DNA from: Cyanophora paradoxa CCMP329
Lineage: Eukaryota; Plantae; Glaucophyta
NCBI GenBank assembly: GCA_004431415.1
Contig: QPMI01000059.1
Span: 248,001 to 312,000 of the forward strand
Length of the DNA: 64,000 nt
Direction of reading: 5' to 3'
This document shows positions 47,095-59,200 of the stretch, piece by piece. Every line of letters starts with the position of its first letter. Positions within the stretch are counted from its first letter, which is position 1. The notes below the pieces were generated by a model that worked only from the letters and a program-made list of their open reading frames with translations, ran no database searches and was not told where the DNA came from. Both the position numbers and the translations under genes were made by a program.

Positions 47095-49148
47095 ATGGAC
47101 AAGCTCATGGACGCGCGCGGCGATCCATCGCCGAGGCGCGTAACTGTCTTGCAAATCGGCAATATCGTAGGATTCATCGGCGTTGTCATCGTGAACGTGC
47201 GCGCCGCCATCGCTGGCCCCTCCCCCGTTCATACAGACCGCGTGCGGCGGTTCAGCGCGCTGGCACGGGCTCGCCCGCACGCAGTCGAGTCATTCGTACA
47301 CGCGCAACTGCAGCTAACGCGGCCGCGCGCGCCCCCGCAGGCCCTCGCCGGCGGAGGGAGGCTCCGCAAATCGAACGCGGCGGTGTCCGATTCCTATCCT
47401 ACCAAGTTCACGCCTGCCGGATGGGCCTTCTCTATCTGGGGCGCGCTCTCCCCCCCCTCCCCGCCCGCTGCGCGCATTTCCTGAGGCCCGCGCCGGCGAC
47501 AGGCATCATCTACCTCTTCTGCAGGCGCCCGTCCCGCGCCCCGGCGCCGCCGCCCAGCCCCGCCTGCTGACTGACTGCGCTTGCTGCTTTCGTTTCGCAG
47601 CATCTTTGTGATCTACCAAGCCCTCCCCTCGTCCCGCGCTGGCCCCCGCTCCGAACTCCTCTTCAGCCGCCGTGGCGTCGGCGGCGCCTTCCTGCTCTCG
47701 GTACCCCTCCGTGACCTGGACAGCGCTAATCCCGTAATCCAACGGACCCCCCCCCCCCCCCCCCCCCCCGCAGTGCTTCTTCAACATAATTTGGTCCATC
47801 GTGTTCCCCTACGAAGTCCTCTGGCTCTCCGTCATCCTCATCTTCTGCCTCCTCGCATCCCTCCTCCGCGTCTACGTACCCCCTTTCGATACATTAACGT
47901 ACCCGTCCCGCGCTTCTCTCATCGCGCGGCGTCGTCGCAGGTCCGCTGCGGCGTCGGCCTGCGCCCGCGCGAGACGATCGCGGACTTTGTCGCCGTCGAC
48001 GTGACGTTCAGGCGCGCGCGCACGCCGTACCCCCTTCCTCCGCCTGATCCCGTACCCCCCTCCCGCAGCCTGTACAGCGCGTGGCTCTCTGTTGCGTGCG
48101 TCGCGAACACTGCGCTGTGGCTCTACGCCCTCGGCTGGCGCGGCGGGCCCATCTCCGAATCCGCCTGGTCGGCTTTTTAGCCCTACCCCCCTCCCAATTT
48201 TAATCTAACCCCGTACCCCAGGTCCGTCGTCGTGATGTGCGTAGCCGTCGCGATCGCGGGCGTGAACCTCGTCACGCGCCTCGACGGTCAGGGCGTACCC
48301 CCTCCCCCTCCCCCCCGCCAGCCTCCCGACCCCGCCCCTTTAGACCAGCCCCTAGGCGGGCCGGGCCGCTGGCCGACCGACGGCTGCGGGCCGCCGATGC
48401 CGTCCTCTCGGCCTCCGCTACTTCCCCCCCGCCCCCCCCCCCCCCCCCCCTCCCTCCCCTCCTTCGATTGACGCCTCGAGCTTCTCCCCCCCCCCCATCC
48501 CCCCGCGCGCGCGTCATTCAAATTATTGAACTTAAGGCTTCTCCTTAAGGGCTCCGAGGCCCCTCCTAAGGCCTTTCCCTTCTCTTTCTCTTTGTTCGTT
48601 CTCTAGGGACGTCCTCACCTGACCGTCGGGGCGCGCCGCGCAGGGCTGTGGGGCCTCGTGATCGCGTGGGCCCTGGCGGCCATCTCTTCGAAGCACCGCA
48701 CGGATCCCACCGTCTCCACCGCCGCCCAGGTCCGCGAGGAACATACAGAACTCAGAATAAGTAGAAGCCGGGCCGCACGCCCGTCTCGGGCATTCTATTT
48801 CTAGTTCTAGGCACGAATCTAGCGCCGTCCCGGCCGCGTGCTCGTGCTCGTGCCGGACGCTCCCCGACGGATTCGAACCCAGGTCCTCTCCCTCATCTCC
48901 GCCGTCACGAGCTGCGTCGCCCTGTGCGCCCCGTACACCCCCCCCCCCCGCTCTCCCTCCTCGAGCCCCGTGCCCCCTCCCCCTCTTTACTTTCGGGATA
49001 CAGCTTCGCCAAGTTCTGGAGGTGGCGCTCGCGGGGGTTCAGCCCGCTGTACGCGGCGGGGCCGGCGCCCCCCAGCCCCGCGCTGGGCCCGGGGGTCACC
49101 CCCACGGCCGCCTCGCTGGGGAGCCCCGTCACGGAGACGACTGTGTAG
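47095..49148 (+). CDS. Multi-pass membrane protein of the TspO/tryptophan-rich sensory protein-like family
   Basis: VVIVN|ALAG..VSDSYPTKFTPAGWAFSIW|GIIY, FNIIWSIVF, FS|LYSAWLSVACVAN and LVIAWALAAI match that family's pattern. About 8 hydrophobic segments. Confidence 0.75.
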
Positions 49149-50254
49149 GCCTAGCTATAGGCCGGGCCAGGCTGCGATCGTCCAACTTGGAAATTGCAGG
49201 CGCGCGGTAGCTGCCTGCCCGGGGCCCGTGCTCCTGCGGCCGGCCGTGCATCCTCGTCGACGCCCGCCGCGTTCTGGCGCGCAGATGTCTGTATACGTAC
49301 CTAGCTAAATATCTAAATGTTTCTATCGGAGTCGCGTGCGCTGACCGTCGCGGCCGCCGGAACTGGCATGGAGCGCGGTCAGATAGCGCTCAGCGGCTCT
49401 AGATCTCGAGCTCTTCATGACTACCAGCTGGCCCCCGGCCCCCGGCCCAGACCTAGGCTATTGGCCTGAATTCGGATCCGGAGTGGAGTCGCAACAATTC
49501 GCCCGGCGCCGGCGGCCGCGGCGCGCGATCCTGCCAGGCTGTTTAAAATTTCGACTCCCTCTCTAGATCTCTCTCCCCCTAACTTTCGAGAGCGCCCGGC
49601 CCGCGCGCGCGATCCTGGCCGGCGCGCATCGATATCCGTTCAAACGGTTCCCGGCCGCGCGGCGCCGGCGGGGCCGGCGCGGGCCGCGCGCGCGCGTCTC
49701 CGGAAGTTCATCCGTTCCCGGCGCCGGCGCGCTCCGTTCCCGATGCATTGCAAGTTCCTCAAGGTTATGCATCGGTAATATGATTCGGTATCCGAGCTCG
49801 AGCTCGAGGCTCCGACGCGACGTCGACTTCGAATTCGAACTCCCATTCAACCTTCAACACTGAATCAACAGGCAACACCGGGTACAGGAAACTTAAGCTT
49901 CCGTAAGCCTGCGCAATTGCAAGGAGCGCCCCGGCAAGTTGGCGGCAACCCCAAAGAGCTGAAGTGCCCTTAGATACAAGAAGCACCTCCGAGTCGACGG
50001 CGACTCGACGCCGCGTCGAACATTTTCGCTGCGAGGGCTTGGTCGCCACACCAGCTGAAGGCTGCTCGGAACCAGGCACCTTCCCGCGAATCTTGATCGC
50101 GTCGGTTGTCGTTCCGCCTTCGGCTGCGGCTGCAGGCCGTGCAGGCTAGATAGGTCCTCGTAACGCTTAAGCTTGCAACGCGCTCTTGCAAGCTGAAGTC
50201 GCTGCATGAGTCAAGCGCGGTTGCGATCAGTAGAGAGCAGCAGCGAGCAGTAGC

Positions 50255-53200
50255 ATGCATCGCTGGAAGGTCAAGACAAGGCGGAGGCCTCGCAGACGCA
50301 GCGCGGGCGTCGCCCGTGTTTGGTCGTGGCCGTGGTCGCTCATCGGCCTGGGGCTCCTCGCTTTCCTTGGAACCAGAGCGGCCGCAGCGATCATCAACTT
50401 GACTCCCGGAGCCGCTGGATCCGTCGCCGCCGGTGCGCGGGAGCGCGGCGCGCTCCGCAAGCTTGACTCCCCTCTCACACGTTCGCTCTCGACCCCGCAG
50501 CGCTGGCGGCGGCCGCGGATGGGGACACCATCAAGCTCGCCCCCGGAACGTACCTGGAGCACGACCTGAGGCCGAGCAGGGCGCGCCTGACGCTCGAGGG
50601 GGCGACTGGGCGCGCTTCGGATGTGACCCTTGACGCGAACGGGGCGGGCCGGGTCCGCATATGCATCCACGCACGCGCCGGCGCGCTCGCGGAGCCGCTG
50701 ATTCGATCCGACGCTCCCGCGCTCCCACGCGCGCGCGCCCGCGCAGATCCTCACGCTCGGGGACGCCGCCGTCGGGCTGCAAGTGCGGCACCTGACGCTG
50801 CGCAACGGGAGCAGCTGGGTCGGCGGCTGCGCCCTCGTGGACATGGCCGCCAACACTTCCTCGGGCGTCCTCTTCGCGAACGTCGCCTTTGAGAACTGCC
50901 GCTCTCTCGGGTGCGGCGCGGCTTATCCTGGCACCCTTGCCGCGGCTTGGCCTGGTTTGGGCCGCTCTCTGACGCTCTGCGGCTGAGCAGAAAGAGCCCT
51001 CCCAACCCGAACCAGCAGGAGAAGTCTTACACGGAGAGGGCGGGCGGTGCGCCAGCGCGACCGCGCCCGCTTCCATTCCTTGCGGGCGGGCGGGCGGCCT
51101 GACGTCGAGCTGCCCCGCGCAGGCGCTGTCTACTTCGCTCGGACCTCCGCCCCCCGGTTCCAGGGCTGCTCCTTCCGGTGCGCGGGTTCGGCTCCCCGCG
51201 GGGCCAATCTTGCTGATGGGCGCCTTTCGGCGCAGCCACAACGTTGCTGCGCTCGGAGGCGGCGCCGCCTGGACCCATGACGACTCCGGTATTGTGTACC
51301 CTCCACCGTTCACGGGGCCCCTCTAACCCGCTTTTCTTCAGCTCCAGTCTTCGTTGATTGCGTCTGGGAGCGCAACTCGGTGACAGCCGGCTTCGGAGGG
51401 GGTACCCCCTTTCCTCCCCCCTCCCTGCCTCGGCCTTACTCGGGAGGTGGGGGTACAGCGATGGTTCCCGAAAGCCGTAGTGCTCCCTACGTCCTGCGGA
51501 ACGTTTTCAGATGGAATGTCGCCGGTGCGGGGGGAGCCGTCGGTGCGTATCATGCGTGCCCCTGCGCACACTGTCCCGCCCCCCTGTACCCCTACGTGTT
51601 CAAGCACCCCGTAGATACGGGGGGTACGACCAAGGCCAAGTTCGAGGAGTCAGCCGCATCCTGTCTCCTTCTTTGCGTTCTGCGTCCCTTCTCCCTAACT
51701 CCGATCCCGTACCCCCGCAGGTGCATCTTCGAGGAGAACGACAGCCCCTTCGGAGGTGGGCCAGTACCCCCATGCTCTCCGTACCTCCTTACATTCTCAT
51801 GCGCCCCGATTCTCATGCGCTCCGTACCTCCTTATAAGGCGGAGCTGTGTACCACTACGGAAGTGCGTAGCCCTCTTTGCCCCTTCCTCACACTCGCCGA
51901 GAATCGCCATACCCCCAGATGATCGAACCACGTTTACTCGCTGCCGGTTTGAGCGGAACCGGGCAGGCAGCGGCGGTGCGCCGGCCGAGCGCCCCACCCT
52001 CAAGAAAAGTGCCCTCGCCTATTTCGAACCCGCGCCCCGCAGGCGGTGGCGCCGTACTTGTGTCCACCACGTGCTTCCCGCGGTACACCGATTGCTACTT
52101 CGCGGACAACTCCGTCAGCCTTGGTACCCCACCCCCACCCCGCATTTCAACTCGCTGTACCCCCGGTCGTCCCCGAGCGCGTATCCTTCGCAGGCGCGGG
52201 CCAGGGCGGCGCCGTGATGATGACGGGTGCGCTGTTTCTCCTCCCTTCCCCCTTCCCCCCCCCGCCCCCCCCCCCCCCCCCCTCCTTCCCCAGGTCCTCT
52301 CTCAGCCCTCTGCTCAGGTAACCCGGGCCTCACACTGATCGGCGGCTCCATGCTAAGATCCGAGTCCTTCAACGGGGGGGCCATCTACGGTGCGCGGGAG
52401 GGGAGCAGTATAGCTTCTACTGGGCGGACAAGTCCCCCTCATTCCCCCTTCCAGCGAGGGGTACCGTCGTCCTCCGAATCGACGGCCTATTGGCGGACGG
52501 GGGGACGAGTCTGGACGTGGGGGGCGGCTTCATGGCCGTCAGCGTGCGTACCCCCCTCCCAGCCGGTCGAGCGGCGTCCGTTCCTGAACGGGGGTACGCG
52601 TATACACGTACAGGGCGGCGGCCACGACATATCAATCACGAACTCAGTGATCCGAGGCTTCTCCGCGAAGGCATCCGCGGGGGGCGGCTTCGTGCGTTCG
52701 AACCCATCTTGTTTCCCTTTCGACTTGAGCTCTCCCCGCCTCGGATGTGCTCCTCCCCCAGTTCCGGGGCTATCGCCTCTGCTATGAGATCAGGGCCCTA
52801 GCTCCAGCTCTAGCCCAGCGCCCCCCCCTCCCCCCCCCCTCCCCCCCCCCCCCCCCTCTTCCAACCCGCCCCGCGCACCCCTTCCCTCACTCGGCGGCAG
52901 CGGATGACCTACGAAACTGGATCCACCAAAATCGAGAATACGACGATCACCAACTGCACGAGCGCCTATGGCGGCGGGGGCTTCTACCTCGCCTCCGCGG
53001 TATACCCCTTTCTTCGCTCATCTTTTCCAAGTTTTCCTGCCTTTTTTCGATTTCTTAGAAAACCTCTTTCGCTTCTTTCGCAGGCGAAAATCGCCCTTCG
53101 CAACGTCACGATTCTGGGTACGCGATTCTGGCGCCCTCTCCCAAGTCTGGCGCACAAACGTGAACCTTTCGGCGCAGGCAACAGCGCGGAGGAGGGGGCT

Positions 53201-56200
53201 GGGATCATGGCCACGGAAAACGCAGAGGTACCCGGCGCTCTCCCCCCCCTCCCTCGTCATCCTCCATCAGCTAGAGCCTGATGCACCCTTGTCTTTCATC
53301 TCATTCCTCTCGCGCGCTTCTTGTCGGCCTGAGCTCTCTCGGTCGTGCTCAGGTGATCGTGCACGAATCGCGGATCGAGGGGAACGCGGCGGCGGCGAAC
53401 GGCGGAGGCTTCTCCGTCGATCGGTGCGCCGCCACGCGCCGCCACGCGCCTCCGGTAGTCCGGGGTAGTCTCAGGGCAGCTTTGGATAGGATCGAGGCCG
53501 AACCTATCCCAGCAAAACATTTTTAGCTTTGGATAGGATTGATTCCCATGGCTCGGCCCGGGTAGTCATGGAAGCGGCTTGGCGTAGGCTTTAAGTGCCT
53601 CAAAAAGATCGCATCCCCCCCTCGTCCTCCCCCCCCTCCCTCCCTTCCTCCCCCCCCCCCCCCCCCCGACTGCTTCTTTCCGCTGAGTCTTCTCTCCCTT
53701 ACTCTTTTTTCCCCGCAGAAACACATATGTCAAAATCACTCGCAGCGCCATCATCGGAAACTCAGCCAAGGAGTCGGGGTACGACGTCTTCGCACCGAAT
53801 TCCGAGCCGAGCCGAGGAATGTCGATCTCCCTCCGCTGATTGTTGCTCGCAGCGGCGGTCTGTACGTGGCGGGGGGTAGGGGATTCTCGCTGGAGGAGTG
53901 CCTCGTTTCCGAGAACCGGGCGAGGCATGCTCCCTGTACCCCTCTTCTGCCTCCCTTCCTTCTGACTGCCCTTTGCCCTTTGCCAGGCGAGGGGGCGCTG
54001 CGGCGCTGAGCCCGCGCCTGCTGGCCCCGCCCTCTGTCTCGGCCCGCGCCACTGTCTTTCGGAAGAACGTTGCCCTGGTCTCGGGCGGGGCGCTGCACCT
54101 CGCCGAGGGAACGTTCCCCTTCAACGTCTCCGCCGACTGCTCCTTCGAGGCGAACGAGGCCCGCTGGGGGTACGCGCACATCTGCTTTAATCAGTACCCC
54201 GCTCTAAAACTAAACTTAACTGTACTCTGCTTCGCTCGCAGGCCGAACCGGGCGACCCGCCCGCAGCGAATCGCAATCGCCGGCAACGATTCCTTCGCCC
54301 GGGCCCCAGGTGCGCGCGCCGCTCCTCTCCAGAGCCTCCCCCGTTCTCTCTTAACCCCCCTCCCTTTCCCGCAGGCGAGCCCTTCGAGGTGCGGGCTGCG
54401 CTGTTCGACGGCCTCGGGCAGCTCGTCACCCTCGTCGAGCCGTGCGTCCCGGCCCCGCCCTTCCGCCCCCACTACAGCTTGTATAGCACAAGCTTGAGAT
54501 TATAGATTATATCTTGAGATTATAGATTATAGCGGCCCTCCCTCCCCTAGCTACAGCTTAGACGTGCGCTCGTCACCCTCGTCGACCGTGCGACCGTCCG
54601 TCCCTAGCGGTCACTGCCCGTCCTGCCCGTCCACCCGCGGCGCGGTCCTGTATAAAGCTGGGCCTGGCCGTAGATAGCTATGGCTCAAGCCCAGTATCAA
54701 CTCGCCCGCCCCGCTCGCCGGCCCGCCCGCGACCTTCCCCGCGCCCGCCCGCCCGCGACATCCTCTTTCCCCTCGCTTGCCCGCCCGGCCTCTCCTGGAT
54801 TCCGCTAGCTCAAGCGTAGTCATTACTACGCCGGCGTACTTCAGAAGGGGAGCCTGCTTATTTTATTAGTTGGTTATTTAGTTGACCTGACCTCCTCCTC
54901 CTCCTCCTCCTCCTCCTCCTCCTCCTCCTCCTCCTCCTCCTCCTCAGAGCTCGGCCTGGCCCTAGCTTAAGCCTAGTATACCTAGTATAAACCTGGTCCT
55001 TGTTGACCCTCTCCTCCTCCTCCTCCTCCTCCTCGGCGGCGCAGGCCGGCGACGGTGGCCCTCTCCGGGTCGGCGGGCCTCGCCCTCAACGCCCTCGTCT
55101 CCACCCGCGTCTTCGCCGAGGTGCGCCCAGTGCTAGATTAGATTGGATTATAAGGTGGGTTGTAAGCTTGTTAGACTAGATTAGATTATAAGGTGGGTTG
55201 GGTTACGCTCGGCTCCCGTATATAGGATTATAAGGTGCGCCCTCCCGTCCCTAGGTGCGCCTCGGCTCCCGTATATAGGATTATAAGGTGCGCCTTATAA
55301 TGTGCGTCTTCACCGAGGTGCGCGGCCCCCGGCCCCCGGGCCCTTACAATTACATAAGTAGTAGTCGTTAGATTAGATTAAATTAGATTGCAAGGTCGGT
55401 TCGTGAGGGTGCCCTAGGGAGCCGCTCGAGGCTCGTGAGGGCGCCCTGGGGAGAAGGCCCCCCGCTCGCCCCACTCCCAGCTAAATTAGATTGATGCTAA
55501 ATTATGGATGATGCTAAATTAAATTGGATGGCGCGCACTACGACCAGAAGCTAATCGCCCCAGTGGCATTTTACTAGTGCTAGCGTTTCTGGATTTCTCC
55601 GGAGGCGCCCCGCCATTCCCAGTCCCAGCTGGCTGGCTGGCTCGCTGACCCGCGCGCGCCCCGCCTGCCCCGCCCCGTCCTGCCCCGCCCCGCGCGCAGG
55701 GCGCGGTGGCCTTCACGATGGACGTGGAAGGTCTCCTGGGGCGCAACTACACCGTCAGCCTCGCCTCCGGTGAGTGAGAAGATGCTAGAAAAGCTAGAAA
55801 GGATAGGAAGAATAAAGGGGATATGAAGTATATAGAAATATAATAGGAAGAGTAAAGGGGTTATGTAAGAACAATCATGAGAAAGAACATATGTAAGGCT
55901 CCTGGGGGTGGGCCTTCTGGGGCGCGACTACACCGTCAGCCTCGCCTCCGGTCCGCCCCGCCCCGCCCTTCGAGGGCAGTCATAGCATGAAAGGGAGCTA
56001 GCTAGCTCTAGCTAGCTAGCTTCGGGGCGCCTCGGCCCCGGCCCCTTTTCTCTCGCTTCGATGATGACACTGACCGCCGACCCACCCCGGCGCGCGCGCT
56101 CGCGCGCGCGCACACACACACACATAGACTTCGGGACGGCCCCGGTGGTCGTTCAGGTGCCCGGCGCCCCGCCCCGCCCCGCCCCGCCCCGCCCCGGAAA

Positions 56201-59200
56201 AAACGATATTTAGGAAGAATATAAAGGGCTTTTATAGGAAGAAGAATAATAGGAAGAATATAGGAGAAATGATACATATGGTGCCCTGAACGGCCTCGGT
56301 GGTCGTTCAGGTGCCCGCCGCCCCGCCCCGCCCCGGCCCCCTCCACTCTCGCCACTTCCATATGAACTCTTTGAGTCTGGGCCGGCTTGCTTTTGGCCCG
56401 GACCCCCGTCTCTTATCTCAAAGCCTCTTTATCCCCCCGCCCTCTTTACCTTCTTCTTTAACGAAACGCCTCCGTACTTCTGAACCCCCGTCCCAGGTCC
56501 TCCCCTGCCGGGCGGGCTTCGCCCCCGTGACTACCGCCGACTCCTACCGCTGCGTACCCTGGTGCCGCAGCAGCCCCCCTGCCCGCCCCTCCGATCCGGT
56601 CAGATATGAGGAGGCTCATATATGAGGTTCCTCGCGGCAGCGCGAGCGGGACGTTCAACCTGGACGGGGGCCCGTGCCTGCCGTGCCCCCCCGGGGCCTC
56701 CTGCCCCGGCCGCGCCACGCTCCTCGCCGACACCGGTGCGGCTTCTTTCTAAGCTTTCTAAGGACGGATTCTTAGGCTTCTTAAGGGCGGCTTCTTAAAC
56801 TTTTTAATTAAGCTGCCGTCCTTGGGGCGTCGCCACGCTCCTCGCCGACACCGGTGCGAGCGTTAACAGCATCTTTAGCGTTTCTAGAAAGGCTTCTTAA
56901 GCTTCTTAATGAAGGCTTCTTAGGCTTCTTAAGGTCGGCTTCTCGCCGACACCGGTGCGGCTTCTTTCTAAGCTTTCTAAGGACGGATTCTTAAGTTTAT
57001 AAGTTTTCTAAGGAAGGTTTCTTAGGCTTCTTAAGGGCGGCTTCTTAAACTTTTCCCGTGCGGCTTCTTTCTAAGCTTCTTTTAAGGGCGGCTTCTTAAG
57101 AATCTTAAGCTGCAATCTTGGGGCGGCGCCGCGCTCCTCGCTGACACCGGTCCGCGGCTTCCCCGCCCGCCCGCCCGCGCGCCGTCCCTCCTCCAGACGG
57201 TAGCGTTCTAGATGGGCCGGGCCGGGCAGAGCGATATCTTCAGATAGAAAGATAGACAGACGGCTCGGGCCTGCCTCTGACCAAACGCCCCGCCCCGCCC
57301 CGCCCCGCCCCGCAGGCTTCTGGCTGAACCCAGAGTCTCTCACGCTGGGCGCCCCCTCCCTCCACCGCTGCCCCAGGCGTGCAAGCGTACCCCCTCCTCC
57401 TTCCCTCCTCCCCGTTCCGACGCGTTTTCGACGCAGGGGTTTCTGCTGCCCGCGCGGCCGCTGCCCCGTCGATGACCAGTGGTGCGCCCCGCGCCCCGCC
57501 CCCGCCCCTTCGTTCCTCGTCGCCTCCTTTACCGTACCCCCCGCCCACACCGCCCGCAGCGCGAGCGCGAGGGAGGGGGTACTCTGCGGCGCCTGCAAGC
57601 CGGGGTACTCGGACTGGGGCGGCGTCTGCGCCCCGGTGCGCCCTCCCCGCACTCGCTTCCCGCCATTTTCCTCCTCTTCTCGTATCTCCGAGAATCTAAG
57701 AAGCCTTCTTAAGAAGCTTTAGAAACCTGTCTTAAGAAGCTCGAGCTGCATCCGTTCTCCTCCTGAGCTGCATCCGCCCTCCTCCTCCTCCTCTTCCTCT
57801 TCTTGTAAGCTCGAGAAGGCCGATTCCCTGACGCCCCTCGTTCGCTCGCAGTGCGCGGCGCCGCAGTACGGTCTCCTCCTTATCCCCGCCGTCGTCGCCG
57901 CCCTCATCGTCGGCATCTTCTGGATAACCAGGTGGGCCCGTACCCCCCCCCCCCCCCCCCCCCCCGTCTCCGTGGGTAGCATCTATATGTAGCTTCTCCA
58001 TATGCGGTGGCATCTATTCGTAGCTTTGTATCCGGGTGCTGCACCTGTTCACAGCCTCTTCCTATAAGGCCTAGGGGGGCGGCGGGCCGAACGCCGCCCT
58101 AGAGGCGGCCGGCGTTCGTTCGGGTGAAGCTGCTCTCGTTCTCTTAGAAATATTGGGAAGCTGTGCTTGGACCATCCCGTCCCCCCCCCCCCCCCCGCAT
58201 ATCTATTTTTAGGCACCGCCCCGCTCACTTCGTTCGCAGCATCGGGCTTCCGACGAGCGGGAAGCTCAAGAGCGTCGTCTTCTTCATCCAGGCCGCCGCC
58301 CTCATCATCTCGGTACCGCTCTTTCCTCGTTTTTTCTCGATCCCGTCTTTCTTTTCTTGTACCCCTTCTGAGGTTTTTCCTCCTGAATCGTAACCCCGTA
58401 CCCCCCAGGACGTGCAGGTGGTGGCGAGCCTCAGCTGGGATTCCCTCCTCTCCTCCTCCGTCCTCTGCCCCTTCCAGGTACCCCCTTCCCTCCATCTCCC
58501 CCTTGCGCCTAGAATGAACTTAGCTTTGGAGATAAGCGAAGGGGCGGCTTAGCCGGCGGAGCCTGAAGAGGAGGGGTACCAGGATCCTAGTCTAGGGGGG
58601 CCGCCCGCCCGCTCGTGAGTCACCCGAACGACGACGTCTGACGGGACGCAACAACTGCTCCAAGAGAGGGCTGGCTGGCCAAGCTAGAGCCTAGCTAGCT
58701 AGAGAGGGGTCCCGGCGGCTCCGCGACGGCTTGTCTAGCCTGGGGGCCCCTAGGCTCCTCTGGGCCTGGCTAGCCTGGCTAGAGAGGGCTGGCTGGGCTA
58801 GCTAGAGCCTAGTCTGGGGATCCCTTCCCCAAAAGGCCCGCGATATCTATATATACCCCAGGCAGGCTCCGATGGGCGCGACAGCTAACGAACGAACGTT
58901 AACATACCCCCTCCCTCCCCCAGATCGAGCCGATCCAGCGGACGCTGCTGGGGTACTGGATCCCAGCCTTCTCCTTCGTCTTCCTCCTCCTCGCCGTCCT
59001 CCTCGTCTACGTCGCCGCCGCCCTCCGCCACCGTGCGCCGTTTTCGTTTTATCAGGAATAGCGAGATTCAAATACCTTCACATAGCGAGAGACTAAAAGA
59101 TTACAAGAAAACCAAGTAACTAGGAAAATAGCGGCTTCCTTTCTTCCTTAGAAGTCGCCGCCGCCCTCCGCCACCGTGAGTCACGGGAAATCAGGATACT

